From: Christensenella sp. UBA1259 | GTDB taxonomy: Bacteria > Bacillota > Clostridia > Christensenellales > Borkfalkiaceae | Reading direction: 5' to 3' | Assembly (NCBI GenBank): GCA_002308755.1 | Contig: DBVR01000003.1 | Span: forward strand, 1-55,889 | Length of the DNA stretch: 55,889 bases | Shown here: positions 18,020-27,126 of the stretch, piece by piece | Numbering within the stretch: the stretch's first letter is position 1 | Layout: every line of letters begins with the position of its first letter | Program-made: the position numbers and the translations under genes | The notes under the pieces: model-generated | What the model was told of the DNA's origin: nothing | Database searches by the model: none | What the model saw: the letters and a program-made list of their open reading frames with translations, nothing else

Positions 18020-18909
18020 TGGGCGTAAAATTCAGAAACACCCCCAAAACGTATTATTTTTCGCCGGAAAACGGCAAGACTTACGAAGACGGACAGACCG
18101 TCGTCGTGGAAACGGCGAAAGGCTTGGAGTGCGGCACGATAATCGGCGGCGTTACCGAAGTGGAAGAAGATAAAATCGTTCCCCCGCTGCGCCCGATAAT
18201 ACGCTTTGCCACGCAAAAGGACCTTGCGCGTATCAAAGAAAACGAAGAGAAAATACCCGAGGCCATGTCTTTTATGCGTAATTCCGTAGCGGAATTAGGC
18301 CTTGAAATGAAACTTATCGGGTGCGAATTTTCCTTCGACGGCAAAAAAGTGGTTTTCTTTTTCTCGGCGGAAAAGCGTGTGGATTTCAGGGATTTAGTCA
18401 AGATCCTTGCGTCGCACTTTAAACTTCGCGTGGAATTAAGACAGATCGGAATAAGGGACGAAACCAAACTTTTAGGCGGTATCGCGCCCTGCGGAAGACC
18501 TTGCTGTTGTTCGGGAAGTATGCCCGACTTTGCCAAAGTTTCCATAAAAATGGCGAAAAATCAGGGGCTTCACCTTAACCCCGCCAAGATAAGCGGGCTT
18601 TGCGGCAGGCTTATGTGCTGTCTGCAATACGAAAACGATTACTACGAAAAGGCGTGTAAGTTAGTGCCGAAAGTCGGCGGTACGGTGGTATCCCCCGACG
18701 GCGAAGGCACGGTCGTTTCCAACGATATGTTGAAAATGATTTCCAAGGTAAAGATAGTAAAGAGCGACGGCGGGGAAATCTATAAGGACTTTGCGGTTTC
18801 GGATCTCGAATTCGCGAGAAAAAAGCCCGTGGAGGATTTGCCCGCGGAAGACGACGGCGATACCGACGTTATTCCCGATAACCTTAAAGAAGAAGACGCG
18901 GAATTTTAA
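18007..18909 (+). CDS. ricT: PSP1-domain protein (YaaT/RicT family)
   Basis: 300 aa with Cys clusters CGRPCCCS and CGRLMCCLQYE. Follows holB, as in Bacillus. Confidence 0.85.
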   Translation: MVKIVGVKFRNTPKTYYFSPENGKTYEDGQTVVVETAKGLECGTIIGGVTEVEEDKIVPPLRPIIRFATQKDLARIKENEEKIPEAMSFMRNSVAELGLEMKLIGCEFSFDGKKVVFFFSAEKRVDFRDLVKILASHFKLRVELRQIGIRDETKLLGGIAPCGRPCCCSGSMPDFAKVSIKMAKNQGLHLNPAKISGLCGRLMCCLQYENDYYEKACKLVPKVGGTVVSPDGEGTVVSNDMLKMISKVKIVKSDGGEIYKDFAVSDLEFARKKPVEDLPAEDDGDTDVIPDNLKEEDAEF

Positions 18910-18927
18910 TGAATTTCATTTTTTCCG

Positions 18928-18956
18928 TTGCAAAATCGCACGGCTTATGATACAAT
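18928..18956 (+). promoter_or_regulatory. SigA-type promoter (TTGCAA-17-TACAAT) for the ferredoxin gene
   Basis: TTGCAA at 18928-18933 and TACAAT at 18951-18956. Confidence 0.5.
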
Positions 18957-18987
18957 AAATTAAAGAAAACTTTTAGGAGAAAAAACT

Positions 18988-19158
18988 ATGGCATACAAAA
19001 TAAGCGACTCTTGTATATCTTGCGGTTCCTGTGCGGACACCTGCCCTATGGGCGCGATAAGTCAGGGCGACACCCAGTACAACATCGATCCCGAAGTTTG
19101 CGTAAGTTGCGGCGCTTGCGCCGCGGGTTGCCCCGTAGAAGCGATTTCGGAAGACTGA
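18988..19158 (+). CDS. fdx: Clostridial-type 2x[4Fe-4S] ferredoxin
   Basis: 56-aa ORF, not in the ORF track: MAYKISDSCISCGSCADTCPMGAISQGDTQYNIDPEVCVSCGACAAGCPVEAISED. Two CxxCxxCxxxCP motifs. SD AGGAGA upstream. Confidence 0.85.
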   Translation: MAYKISDSCISCGSCADTCPMGAISQGDTQYNIDPEVCVSCGACAAGCPVEAISED

Positions 19159-19176
19159 TTCTAAAAACAAAAAACT

Positions 19177-19210
19177 CTTATCGCGGGAATATCCCGCGAT
19201 AAGTCGTTTT
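19177..19210 (+). terminator. Intrinsic terminator after the ferredoxin gene
   Basis: 12-bp stem CTTATCGCGGGA/TCCCGCGATAAG, then TCGTTTT. Confidence 0.75.
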
Positions 19211-19245
19211 ACCGCCGCCGCTTAAAGAAGCGGCGTTCGTTTTAT

Positions 19246-19905
19246 ATGCTGAAAGAAGAATTTCTCATAAACGGGTTAAGCGTTTTTCAGGACGACGGTC
19301 TTTATTCTTTCACGTCCGACTCCATACTTTTAAGCAAGTTTGCCGCGGTAAAAAAAGGCGACACCGCGGCGGATTTTTGCGCGGGGTGCGGGATCGTGGG
19401 TTTTAACCTTTACGCTGTCAACAAGGACAAAATAAACTCCATGACCCTTTTCGAACTGCAAAAACCGCTTTTCGACCTTTGCGAAAAGAATATCGTTCAC
19501 AACTCCCTTTCGGAAAGGTTTTTCGCGGTAAACTGCGATATAGCCAAACTTCCGAAAGAATATTACGGGAAGTTTTCCCTTATCGTCTGCAACCCGCCGT
19601 ATATGAAAAAGGGTGTTTCGACCTTTTCTTCGCCCGATATAGGAAAATGTAAAAGCGAAGAGACGTTATCTTTTTCTTCCCTTGCGTTTTCTGTATCGCG
19701 AGCGTTGAAATTCGGCGGCAGGGTGTGTCTTATCCACCGTGCCGAACGGCTTGCGGAAGTTATATCGGAACTTAAAAACGTCGGCGTAGAGCCGAAAAGG
19801 CTGCAATTTATATCGGCGGGCGAAAAATCGCCCTACGCCTTTCTTCTCGAAGGGGTAAAAGGCGGAAAGGCGGGAATAAAGATTCTCGCAACTTTGAAAA
19901 ATTAG
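19246..19905 (+). CDS. SAM-dependent methyltransferase, YabB/TrmN6-like (tRNA m6A37-type)
   Basis: 219 aa with SAM loop DFCAGCGIVG and motif IV CNPPY. Positioned next to rsmI, as B. subtilis yabB is. Confidence 0.7.
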   Translation: MLKEEFLINGLSVFQDDGLYSFTSDSILLSKFAAVKKGDTAADFCAGCGIVGFNLYAVNKDKINSMTLFELQKPLFDLCEKNIVHNSLSERFFAVNCDIAKLPKEYYGKFSLIVCNPPYMKKGVSTFSSPDIGKCKSEETLSFSSLAFSVSRALKFGGRVCLIHRAERLAEVISELKNVGVEPKRLQFISAGEKSPYAFLLEGVKGGKAGIKILATLKN

Positions 19906-19913
19906 GGGGATAT

Positions 19914-20702
19914 ATGCTGTATTTCGTGGCGACTCCGATAGGAAACTTAAAAGACTTTTCTTTCCGCGCGTTGGAAACTTTGAACGCCGTGGACGAGATT
20001 TATTGCGAAGACACCCGAAGGTCTGTTACCCTTCTTAACGCCTATTCCGTAAAAAAGCCGCTGTTTTCGTATCATAAGTTCAACGAAAAGGAAAGCGGCG
20101 AAAAGATAATGGAAAAACTTAAAGAAGGCAAGAATATCGCCGTTATTTCCGACGCGGGTATGCCGGGGATATCCGATCCCGGCAATATTCTCGTCAATAT
20201 GCTTATAGATAACGGTCTTCCCTACACCGTTATACCGGGGGCTTCGGCGGTAACCGCCGCCCTTCTGCTTTCGGGCTTTTCCGCGGATAACTTCTGCTTT
20301 ATGGGATTTTTACCGCAAAAGAATAAGGACAGAAAAGAGTTTCTCACCCGCGCCGCGACCACGGATATGACCACTGTGTTCTACTGCGCCCCGCACGATA
20401 TAGAAAAGGATATAAAGAGCGTTTACGAAGTTTTCGGCGACCGCCCCGCCGCCGCGGTAAAGGAAATAACCAAAATCCACGAAGGCGTGGAGTTTTTTAA
20501 CTTAAAAGACGGAATAAAGGGCGAGATAAAGGGCGAATACGTTCTTATCGTCAAAAAAGCCGAAGAAAAAGCAAGCGACCTTTCCCCCGAAGAAGAGATA
20601 AAAGCCCTTATAAGTTCGGGCATGGATAAAAAGGAAGCGTTAAAGACGGTGGCAAGCCGCCGTAAAGTTTCCAAGTCTTCCCTGTATAAGTACACGATAT
20701 AA
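19914..20702 (+). CDS. rsmI: 16S rRNA (cytidine1402-2-prime-O)-methyltransferase
   Basis: 262 aa with LYFVATPIGNLKD, CEDTRRS and ISDAGMPGISDPG. Confidence 0.9.
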   Translation: MLYFVATPIGNLKDFSFRALETLNAVDEIYCEDTRRSVTLLNAYSVKKPLFSYHKFNEKESGEKIMEKLKEGKNIAVISDAGMPGISDPGNILVNMLIDNGLPYTVIPGASAVTAALLLSGFSADNFCFMGFLPQKNKDRKEFLTRAATTDMTTVFYCAPHDIEKDIKSVYEVFGDRPAAAVKEITKIHEGVEFFNLKDGIKGEIKGEYVLIVKKAEEKASDLSPEEEIKALISSGMDKKEALKTVASRRKVSKSSLYKYTI

Positions 20703-20727
20703 AACGGCGACAACGCCGTTTTTTTCT
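20703..20727 (+). terminator. Intrinsic terminator after rsmI
   Basis: Stem ACGGCG/CGCCGT with loop ACAA and a 7-8 nt T-run. Confidence 0.65.
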
Positions 20728-20731
20728 TTTG

Positions 20732-20760
20732 TTGACATTTGGTTGCCGTCGTGTTATAAT
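20732..20760 (+). promoter_or_regulatory. Consensus SigA-type promoter (TTGACA-17-TATAAT) for the repeat lipoprotein
   Basis: TTGACA at 20732-20737 and TATAAT at 20755-20760. Confidence 0.65.
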
Positions 20761-20779
20761 CGTTCCGAAGGAGAAAACC

Positions 20780-22225
20780 ATGAGAAATCGCTTTTTGTTT
20801 TTAATTTTTGCGGCGGCGCTGCTTTTTTCTTTTTCTTTTGCGTTCGGTTGCGGAGTTTCCGCCGATAATAAAGACGGGGAATATACATTAACTTTCTTTT
20901 TCTTTGAAGGAAGTTCCGACAATCGTACGATCAGGGTGTCCTACGGCGACACGGTTCCTTTGCCCTTGCCCACCGTCGATAGAGAAAACTACGAATTCGT
21001 CGGATGGACGATGGACGGCGAAAGAATAGACGCCGACGCGGAGACGGAGTTTATATATAATTTTGTCGTCGACAAAACTCTCGTCGCCCTATACTCGTCG
21101 GTCGACAATAAAGACCCTGAATACACCGTAACTTTCGAGTTGACATATAATGGCGTCAGGTCATACCTTAAAGACGAAAACACGCCCCTTTCCGTTACGG
21201 TAAAGAAAGGCGAAACTCTCGGAGACAAACTTCCCGAACTCGAACCCCGCGACGATTCCGACGACTACGAATTCGTCGGGTGGTTCTATAAAGACGATAA
21301 CAACGAAGAAATCGGCATCACGGCGGAAACGGTGTTTTCCGACATGAACGTACAGAGTTTTTCCATGGTGATTTACGCAAAACTCAAAGTCGCATTCTAC
21401 GACGTAACTTTCGAGTTAACCTATCATGGCATCAGGTCATGCCTTAAAGATGAAAATACACCCCTTTCCGTTACGGTAAAAGATGGCGAAACTCTCGGAG
21501 ACAAACTTCCCGAACTCGAACCCCGCGACGATTACGAATTCGTCGGCTGGTTCTATAAAAACGATAACAACAAAGAAACAAGAATAACTGCGGAAACGGT
21601 GTTTTCCGACATGAACGTACAGAGTTTTCCCATGGTGATTTATGCAAAACTTAAAGTCTACGCCGTAACTTTCGAGTTAACCTATCATGGCGGCAGGTCG
21701 TACCTTAAAGACGAAAATACGCCCCTTTCCGTCACGGTGAAAGGCGGCGAAACTCTCGGAGACAAACTTCCCGAACTCGAGCCCCGCGATCCTTCCGATA
21801 ACTACGAATTCGTGGGTTGGTTCTACAAAGACGATAACGACGAAGAAACCGAAATAACGGCGGAAACGGCGTTTTCCGATATGAACGTACAGAGTTTTTC
21901 CATGGTAATTTACGCAAAACTTAAAGTCGTATTCTACGCCGTAACTTTCGAGTTGACGTATAATGGCGGCAGATCGTACCTTAAAGACGAAAATACGCCC
22001 CTTTCCGTTACCGTAATAGATGGCGAAACTCTCGGAGACAAACTTCCCGAACTCGAACCCCGCGACGATTCCGACGATTACGAATTCGTCGGCTGGTTCT
22101 ATAAAAACGACAACAACGAAGAAATAAAAATAACCGCGGAAACGGTGTTTTCCGATATGAACGTACAAGGTTTTCCCATGGTGATTTACGCAAAACTTAA
22201 AAAAGTATGGATCGGACCGTTCTGA
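20780..22225 (+). CDS. Lipoprotein built from five Listeria-Bacteroides (InlB B-repeat/Flg_new)-type repeats
   Basis: Start moved to ATG 20780 (SD AAGGAGA). Signal peptide with lipobox FAFG|C. Each repeat has the Y-x-V-T-F...YEFVGW...IYAKL pattern. Confidence 0.75.
   Translation: MRNRFLFLIFAAALLFSFSFAFGCGVSADNKDGEYTLTFFFFEGSSDNRTIRVSYGDTVPLPLPTVDRENYEFVGWTMDGERIDADAETEFIYNFVVDKTLVALYSSVDNKDPEYTVTFELTYNGVRSYLKDENTPLSVTVKKGETLGDKLPELEPRDDSDDYEFVGWFYKDDNNEEIGITAETVFSDMNVQSFSMVIYAKLKVAFYDVTFELTYHGIRSCLKDENTPLSVTVKDGETLGDKLPELEPRDDYEFVGWFYKNDNNKETRITAETVFSDMNVQSFPMVIYAKLKVYAVTFELTYHGGRSYLKDENTPLSVTVKGGETLGDKLPELEPRDPSDNYEFVGWFYKDDNDEETEITAETAFSDMNVQSFSMVIYAKLKVVFYAVTFELTYNGGRSYLKDENTPLSVTVIDGETLGDKLPELEPRDDSDDYEFVGWFYKNDNNEEIKITAETVFSDMNVQGFPMVIYAKLKKVWIGPF
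21128..22200 (+). repeat. Four in-frame tandem DNA repeats (276, 261, 276, about 260 bp) inside the lipoprotein gene
   Basis: Units start at 21128, 21404, 21665 and 21941, each with GTAACTTTCGAGTT(G/A)AC. Long identical runs such as CTCGGAGACAAACTTCCCGAACTCGA. Confidence 0.9.
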
Positions 22226-22235
22226 TATTACCGAT

Positions 22236-22272
22236 AAAACGCCCCGCGCTATATTTAGCGCGGGGCGTTTTT
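22236..22272. terminator. Bidirectional intrinsic terminator
   Basis: Stem AAAACGCCCCGCGCT/AGCGCGGGGCGTTTT between convergent genes. Confidence 0.8.
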
Positions 22273-22289
22273 GTTTTTTACGTTTTTAC

Positions 22290-22985
22290 TTAACCTTCTG
22301 CGTTTTCCATCGCTTTAAGTTTTTCTTCGGCGGCTTTCAATCTTTCGTACTCTTCTTTGGTTATGGTAACGAATTCTCCGTTTTCGCCGAGTTTGTTTTG
22401 CGATTCCGCCTGCGCGATATTTTTCTGTTTTACTTTAAGCACGACGTACAGCGTTACCGAAACTATTATCGCCGCGACGAAAATCTGCCAGAGGTCTATC
22501 AGCACGGGGTTGCCGAGGATTGCGAACGCTATCGTCGTTTCTATATACCCGAAAGAGATATACAGCGCGACCTGCAAACCGAGAAGGCTTTTACCCAGCG
22601 TTATATAGTTGGATATAACGAGATTCAAAAATATCGAAGCCATAGACAGTATCACTACGAAATGGGGGTACAGCGTGAACGCTTCCGTTATCGTGTCGCC
22701 TATCCATATAAGCAAAATATACAAAACGGCGCATATCATTATGGCTATCGCCGCCGCTATACCGAGTTTATTGCCCTTAACGATAGCGTTTACCGAGTTT
22801 AAGAAGAACAACCCCGATATAAAAACCGTTAAAAGCGTAAGCATGATGTTGCCGATAAGGGTACTTCCCTCTATCATGTTGAAAAGCAACAAGAGTCCGA
22901 TTATCGCGGCGATAACGACGCAAACGATAATTAACGTCGAAACCGCTTTGACCAGTTTTTTTCTGTCTTTTACCATAGTGTTCAT
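22290..22985 (-). CDS. Hypothetical polytopic membrane protein with charged C-terminal coiled-coil tail
   Basis: 231 aa with about 6 TM segments, then KEEYERLKAAEEKLKAMENAEG. No family recognised. Confidence 0.5.
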   Translation of the reverse strand: MNTMVKDRKKLVKAVSTLIIVCVVIAAIIGLLLLFNMIEGSTLIGNIMLTLLTVFISGLFFLNSVNAIVKGNKLGIAAAIAIMICAVLYILLIWIGDTITEAFTLYPHFVVILSMASIFLNLVISNYITLGKSLLGLQVALYISFGYIETTIAFAILGNPVLIDLWQIFVAAIIVSVTLYVVLKVKQKNIAQAESQNKLGENGEFVTITKEEYERLKAAEEKLKAMENAEG

Positions 22986-23031
22986 AATATATCTCCTTTT
23001 CCTTTTTTCCTTTTTATAAAAATCAACTCTT

Positions 23032-24138
23032 TTAAGTCAGGCTGAAATCCTTGTCGAGAATTATATGTACCGTATAATCGGGATATTCGTCCTGTATCTT
23101 TTTACGGACTTCGCCGTAAATTTTTTCCGGCGTTTCGCACTCGAAAGAAATTATTATATCGAGGCTTACCGTCTTATTCTGTTCGTCGGCGAAAAAGCCG
23201 TGCGTCTGCAATATTTCGGGGTATGCGGCGGTTATCTCTTCCACCTTTTTTCTTATTTCGCTTTCCTTGCCGTTACCGCCGTTTCTCGCGTACACGCCCA
23301 CCGTCATCACGGTATTATACTTATCGTAACAAAGGTATGCTATTTCTCTTTCGAGTATCTGTATTTCTTTTGCGGTAAGGTTTTCGTCCACTTCCACGTG
23401 TACGCTGCCGATATTCCTGTCCGCGCCGTAATTATGCAGGATAAGGTCGTAAACGCCGAACACCCGCGGGTTTTCCGATATGTCTTTGACCATTTCGGAA
23501 ACGAACTGCGTTTCCGTCCGTTCTCCCAAAATCTTGGACGCCGATTCTCTGAAAACGTCCACAGACGACTTGATTATAAGAAGACCTATCGCGATACCTA
23601 TGTATCCTTCGGGGTGAACTCCGAAAGCGAAAGATATGCCTGCGCCAACCAGCGTTCCGAAAGATAAAAGGCTGTCTAAAAGCGCGTCCGTGCCGCTTGC
23701 TTTAAGGGAATCGCTTTTGACTTTTTCGCCTTTCTTTTTAAAGTACAGTCCGAGTCCCACCTTTACCAGCACCGCCGCGCCTATTATTATAAAGGAATAG
23801 ACGTCGTACTCGGGTTTTTCGCCGCTTATAAGGCTTAAAACCGACTCGTAGATAGCGAGTGCGCCCGCGACGAATATCAGCATACCGATAAAAGACGCGG
23901 CGATAAACTCCGCCCTGCCGTGCCCGTAAGGGTGTTCTCTGTCGGGCTTTTTGCCCGAAAGTTTCGCCCCCACGACGGTGATTATGCTACTCATGGCGTC
24001 GGTAAGGTTGTTCACCGCGTCGGAAACGATACTCGCGGATCTCGCGATCACCCCGACGAATATTTTCCCCGCGACCAAAAAGACGTTGCCTATAATGCCT
24101 ATTACGCTGGTCTTTACTATCTCTTGTTCTCTGTTCAT
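23032..24138 (-). CDS. Cation diffusion facilitator (CDF) family metal efflux transporter
   Basis: 368 aa with a 6-TM N-domain, SDAVNNLTD, HPYGHGRAEF and a cytoplasmic C-domain. Confidence 0.85.
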   Translation of the reverse strand: MNREQEIVKTSVIGIIGNVFLVAGKIFVGVIARSASIVSDAVNNLTDAMSSIITVVGAKLSGKKPDREHPYGHGRAEFIAASFIGMLIFVAGALAIYESVLSLISGEKPEYDVYSFIIIGAAVLVKVGLGLYFKKKGEKVKSDSLKASGTDALLDSLLSFGTLVGAGISFAFGVHPEGYIGIAIGLLIIKSSVDVFRESASKILGERTETQFVSEMVKDISENPRVFGVYDLILHNYGADRNIGSVHVEVDENLTAKEIQILEREIAYLCYDKYNTVMTVGVYARNGGNGKESEIRKKVEEITAAYPEILQTHGFFADEQNKTVSLDIIISFECETPEKIYGEVRKKIQDEYPDYTVHIILDKDFSLT

Positions 24139-24158
24139 GCGCCCGCCGAAAAAAGGTT

Positions 24159-25034
24159 TCAGTCTTTCTTATCCGCTTCCAGAACCCCTTTAAGTCCCGC
24201 AAGAAGTCCCGAAACGTTCTGAATTTCGCTCGGAACTATTATCTTGGTCGCTTTGCCGTCCGCCATTATCTTCAACGCTTCGTAGCCTTTAAGGGTAAGG
24301 TACGCGGCGTTGGGGTTGGCGTCGTTTATCATCTTTATCGCGGAAGCCGTCGCTTCGGCTTCGGCGATGACCGCCGCTTTCTTTGCTTCGGCGCGAAGTA
24401 TCGTCGCCTCCTTTTCGCCCTCTGCGACTAAAATATTACTGCGCTTTTCGCCTTCCGCCCGTAAAATGGACTCACGGCGTTCACGCTCCGCTCTCATCTG
24501 CTTTTCCATCGCTTGCTGGATATCTTTGGGCGGAAGAATATTTTTAAGTTCTACCCTGTTTATCTTTATGCCCCAGGGGTCTGTCGCTTCGTCTAATATC
24601 ATGCGCATCTTGCTGTTGACCGTATCGCGGGAAGTAAGCGTTCCGTCGAGTTCCAACTCGCCGACAAGATTTCTTAGCGTCGTCGCGGTAAGGTTTTCTA
24701 TGGCGCGTATGGGGTTTTCCACGCCGTATGTGAACAGTTTTGCGTCGGTTACCTGATAGTACACAACCGTGTCTATCTGCATGGTAACGTTGTCTTTGGT
24801 TATAACGGGCTGCGGCGCGAAATCGGCAACTCTTTCCTTTAAGGAAATCGGACCGCCCACGCTTCTGTCGAAAAACGGCACTATAAAGTGTATTCCGGTG
24901 TTTAAAAGCCTGTGGAATTTACCGAGCCTTTCCACGACCACCGCCGTGGACTGGCGCACGATCTTTATGGAACACACCAAAATAACGAGCACCACAGCGC
25001 CTAAAACGATTAAAACAACGAGCCAAGGGTTCAT
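24159..25034 (-). CDS. SPFH/band 7 (stomatin-like) protein
   Basis: 291 aa with an N-terminal TM, an SPFH core and an Ala/Glu-rich coiled coil (RAEGEKRSNILVAEGEKEA). Confidence 0.9.
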   Translation of the reverse strand: MNPWLVVLIVLGAVVLVILVCSIKIVRQSTAVVVERLGKFHRLLNTGIHFIVPFFDRSVGGPISLKERVADFAPQPVITKDNVTMQIDTVVYYQVTDAKLFTYGVENPIRAIENLTATTLRNLVGELELDGTLTSRDTVNSKMRMILDEATDPWGIKINRVELKNILPPKDIQQAMEKQMRAERERRESILRAEGEKRSNILVAEGEKEATILRAEAKKAAVIAEAEATASAIKMINDANPNAAYLTLKGYEALKIMADGKATKIIVPSEIQNVSGLLAGLKGVLEADKKD

Positions 25035-25462
25035 TTTTGTACCTCCGTAACGATATATTTATTTCCTTTTATTGCCTGAACTATAACAGTTGCGCCGGCG
25101 GGTATTTCGTCGCCGTCGTTTTCGGTATCCGCCGTCCATATAACGTCGCCGACCTTTATAGATCCCGCCGTATTGAAAGATATGGGGGTAAGCAGGATAA
25201 ACTCCTTGCCTATCACCGATTCGGCGTTGGTCTTTTCGGTCTTATTGTTAAGTTTCGACATAACGAGTTTTCTTAAAGACAGCATAAGTAACAGCGAAAC
25301 GACGAAGAACGCCGGAACGTGAAAGTACCAGTCGAGCCCCGCGCCCGCAAGCACCATGGCAACGATACCTCCGCCCGCAAACCAGACGGACACAAGTTCG
25401 CTGGTAAGAAACTCTATTACGAGCGCGGCGGCGGCAACGCCCAGCCAGATATAAAGCCACAT
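25031..25462 (-). CDS. NfeD-family membrane protein (short form)
   Basis: 143 aa with hydrophobic N-terminal helices and a C-terminal OB-like domain. 4-nt overlap with the SPFH gene, the classic NfeD-stomatin pairing. Confidence 0.8.
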   Translation of the reverse strand: MWLYIWLGVAAAALVIEFLTSELVSVWFAGGGIVAMVLAGAGLDWYFHVPAFFVVSLLLMLSLRKLVMSKLNNKTEKTNAESVIGKEFILLTPISFNTAGSIKVGDVIWTADTENDGDEIPAGATVIVQAIKGNKYIVTEVQK

Positions 25463-25485
25463 AGTCTTTTTCTCCTTTTTTTATT

Positions 25486-26199
25486 TTAAAAAGTTCTCAT
25501 GTCGTAAGTGTCCAAAAGATTTTCTTTGTAAAGATGCGAGTCGTTGCTGTACTGAAACGTTTTCGGGAAAAACCCTTCGCCCTCGTCGGGAAACTTAAAC
25601 GCCGTTACGGAACTAAGCCCCAAATGGACAAATCTCGTGCAAAACATAGGGTACGGAATATGTAAAAGCGTGCTTACAAATATCATCCCGAACCCACCGT
25701 GCGCAAACAGCGCAACCCTGTCGTAAAGATGCTTTTTCGCGGATATCTTTCCCGTCTTTTCGTTTCTTTCGTAGCCTAACTCTTTTAAGAACCCGTTTAC
25801 CGCGTTTTCAACGCGCAGCACGCCGCTTTTGAAGTTTGTTTCCTTAAAAAGCGGATCTTCGTACCACTTAAAGCCCCTGTTTTCCACTTCTTCCGACGCG
25901 AAAAGTTTAAGCGTTTCTTCGTCATAAAAGCACCAGGTTCTCCTGCCGTTTCTTTCGATCGCGAAATCCTGATGCGCAAGATTTTCTCTCGCAAAATCGA
26001 CGCCTTCTATCGGAAGGTTAAGTTTATCGGCGGTGTGCTTTGCCGTTTCGATCGCCCTGCCCTGTGTGGAAGAATAAATCTTGTCAAGTCCCAAAATCGC
26101 AAGCCTTTCGGAAACGGCTTTCGCCTGAATCCTGCCGACGTCGGTAAGGCAGTCGTTTGCGTAGTCGGGCTGTCCGTGTCGCACGTACAATAAAAACAT
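25486..26199 (-). CDS. Histidine phosphatase (phosphoglycerate mutase-like) family protein
   Basis: RHG motif in LLYVRHGQPDY and second His in FAHGG. Start placed at the ATG ending at 26199. The longer ORF-track start (26247) would overlap parB by 41 nt. Confidence 0.7.
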   Translation of the reverse strand: MFLLYVRHGQPDYANDCLTDVGRIQAKAVSERLAILGLDKIYSSTQGRAIETAKHTADKLNLPIEGVDFARENLAHQDFAIERNGRRTWCFYDEETLKLFASEEVENRGFKWYEDPLFKETNFKSGVLRVENAVNGFLKELGYERNEKTGKISAKKHLYDRVALFAHGGFGMIFVSTLLHIPYPMFCTRFVHLGLSSVTAFKFPDEGEGFFPKTFQYSNDSHLYKENLLDTYDMRTF

Positions 26200-26206
26200 A
26201 TCGCCC

Positions 26207-27106
26207 CTATCTTTCGTCTTTTTTAAGTTTTTCGAGTATCTCCGCAAGGCGGTCGAGGTCGTCCCTCGTGTAATAATCTATATATATCCTGCCCTTGTTG
26301 TCGTTACCTATGGCGTTCACTTTCGTGCCGAAAACTCTCTGCATATCGCCGATAAGTTCCTTTAACTCGTTGGATAAGGGCATAGCCGCCTTTTTCTTTT
26401 TCTCTTCCGGCGGAACGAAATAGTCTTTGACGAGTTTTTCCGTCGCCCTGACCGAAAGCCCGTTTTTCACGACGCTATCCGCTATTTTTTTCTGATCGGC
26501 TTTGGGGATTGCGACGATACTTCTCGCGTGCCCCGCGGAAAGCGCGCCGTCCTGTACCATTTCTATGACGGCGGGGGTAAGGTTTAAAAGTCTCAACGTG
26601 TTGGCTATCGCCGAACGTGACTTCCCTATCCTGTCCGCCAGATCTTCCTGCGAAAGGTTATAGTCTTCCATAAGCGCGCGCATTGCGGAAGCCGCTTCTA
26701 TGGGGTTAAGGTCTTCCCTTTGCAGGTTTTCTATAAGGGAGATCTCTTTTATCTGGCGGTCGTCGTAGTTTTTGACTATGACGGGGATCTTCTTTAAGCC
26801 CGCAATCTTCGAAGCGCGGAATCTTCTTTCGCCGGCGATTATCATAAACCTGTCGCCGTCCTTGTTGACGATGATGGGCATTATAACGCCGTGCTTTTTT
26901 ATGGACTCGGCAAGTTCCGCTAACGCTTCCCTGTCGAAATGTTTTCTCGGTTGGTCGGGGTTTGCGTAAACGGAATCTATCGCTATATCCGTAACGCTGC
27001 CTTTGCCGCCCTGCTCCCCTTCGAAAATAAGGCTTTTACCGTAATCTTCTTCCGTTTCGGAGAAAAGCGCCGAAAGTCCTTTCCCGAGACCCCTTTTTTC
27101 GTTCAT
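26207..27106 (-). CDS. parB: Chromosome partitioning protein ParB/Spo0J
   Basis: GLGKGLSALF at the N-terminus and ParB box IIAGERRFRA, plus an HTH region. Start placed at the ATG ending at 27106 (SD GGGAGA). The longer ORF-track start would overlap parA. Confidence 0.9.
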   Translation of the reverse strand: MNEKRGLGKGLSALFSETEEDYGKSLIFEGEQGGKGSVTDIAIDSVYANPDQPRKHFDREALAELAESIKKHGVIMPIIVNKDGDRFMIIAGERRFRASKIAGLKKIPVIVKNYDDRQIKEISLIENLQREDLNPIEAASAMRALMEDYNLSQEDLADRIGKSRSAIANTLRLLNLTPAVIEMVQDGALSAGHARSIVAIPKADQKKIADSVVKNGLSVRATEKLVKDYFVPPEEKKKKAAMPLSNELKELIGDMQRVFGTKVNAIGNDNKGRIYIDYYTRDDLDRLAEILEKLKKDER

Positions 27107-27126
27107 TTTATATTTCTCCCTTGGTG

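Noticed and set aside
20729-20779. Upstream start (17 extra codons) for the repeat lipoprotein
   Set aside because: The extension overlaps the -35/-10 promoter elements. The ATG at 20780 has an SD and yields a proper lipoprotein signal peptide.
21128-22200. Tandem repeats as a mobile element or CRISPR array
   Set aside because: The repeats are in frame and encode a recognisable protein repeat domain. They have no spacers, terminal inverted repeats or transposase.
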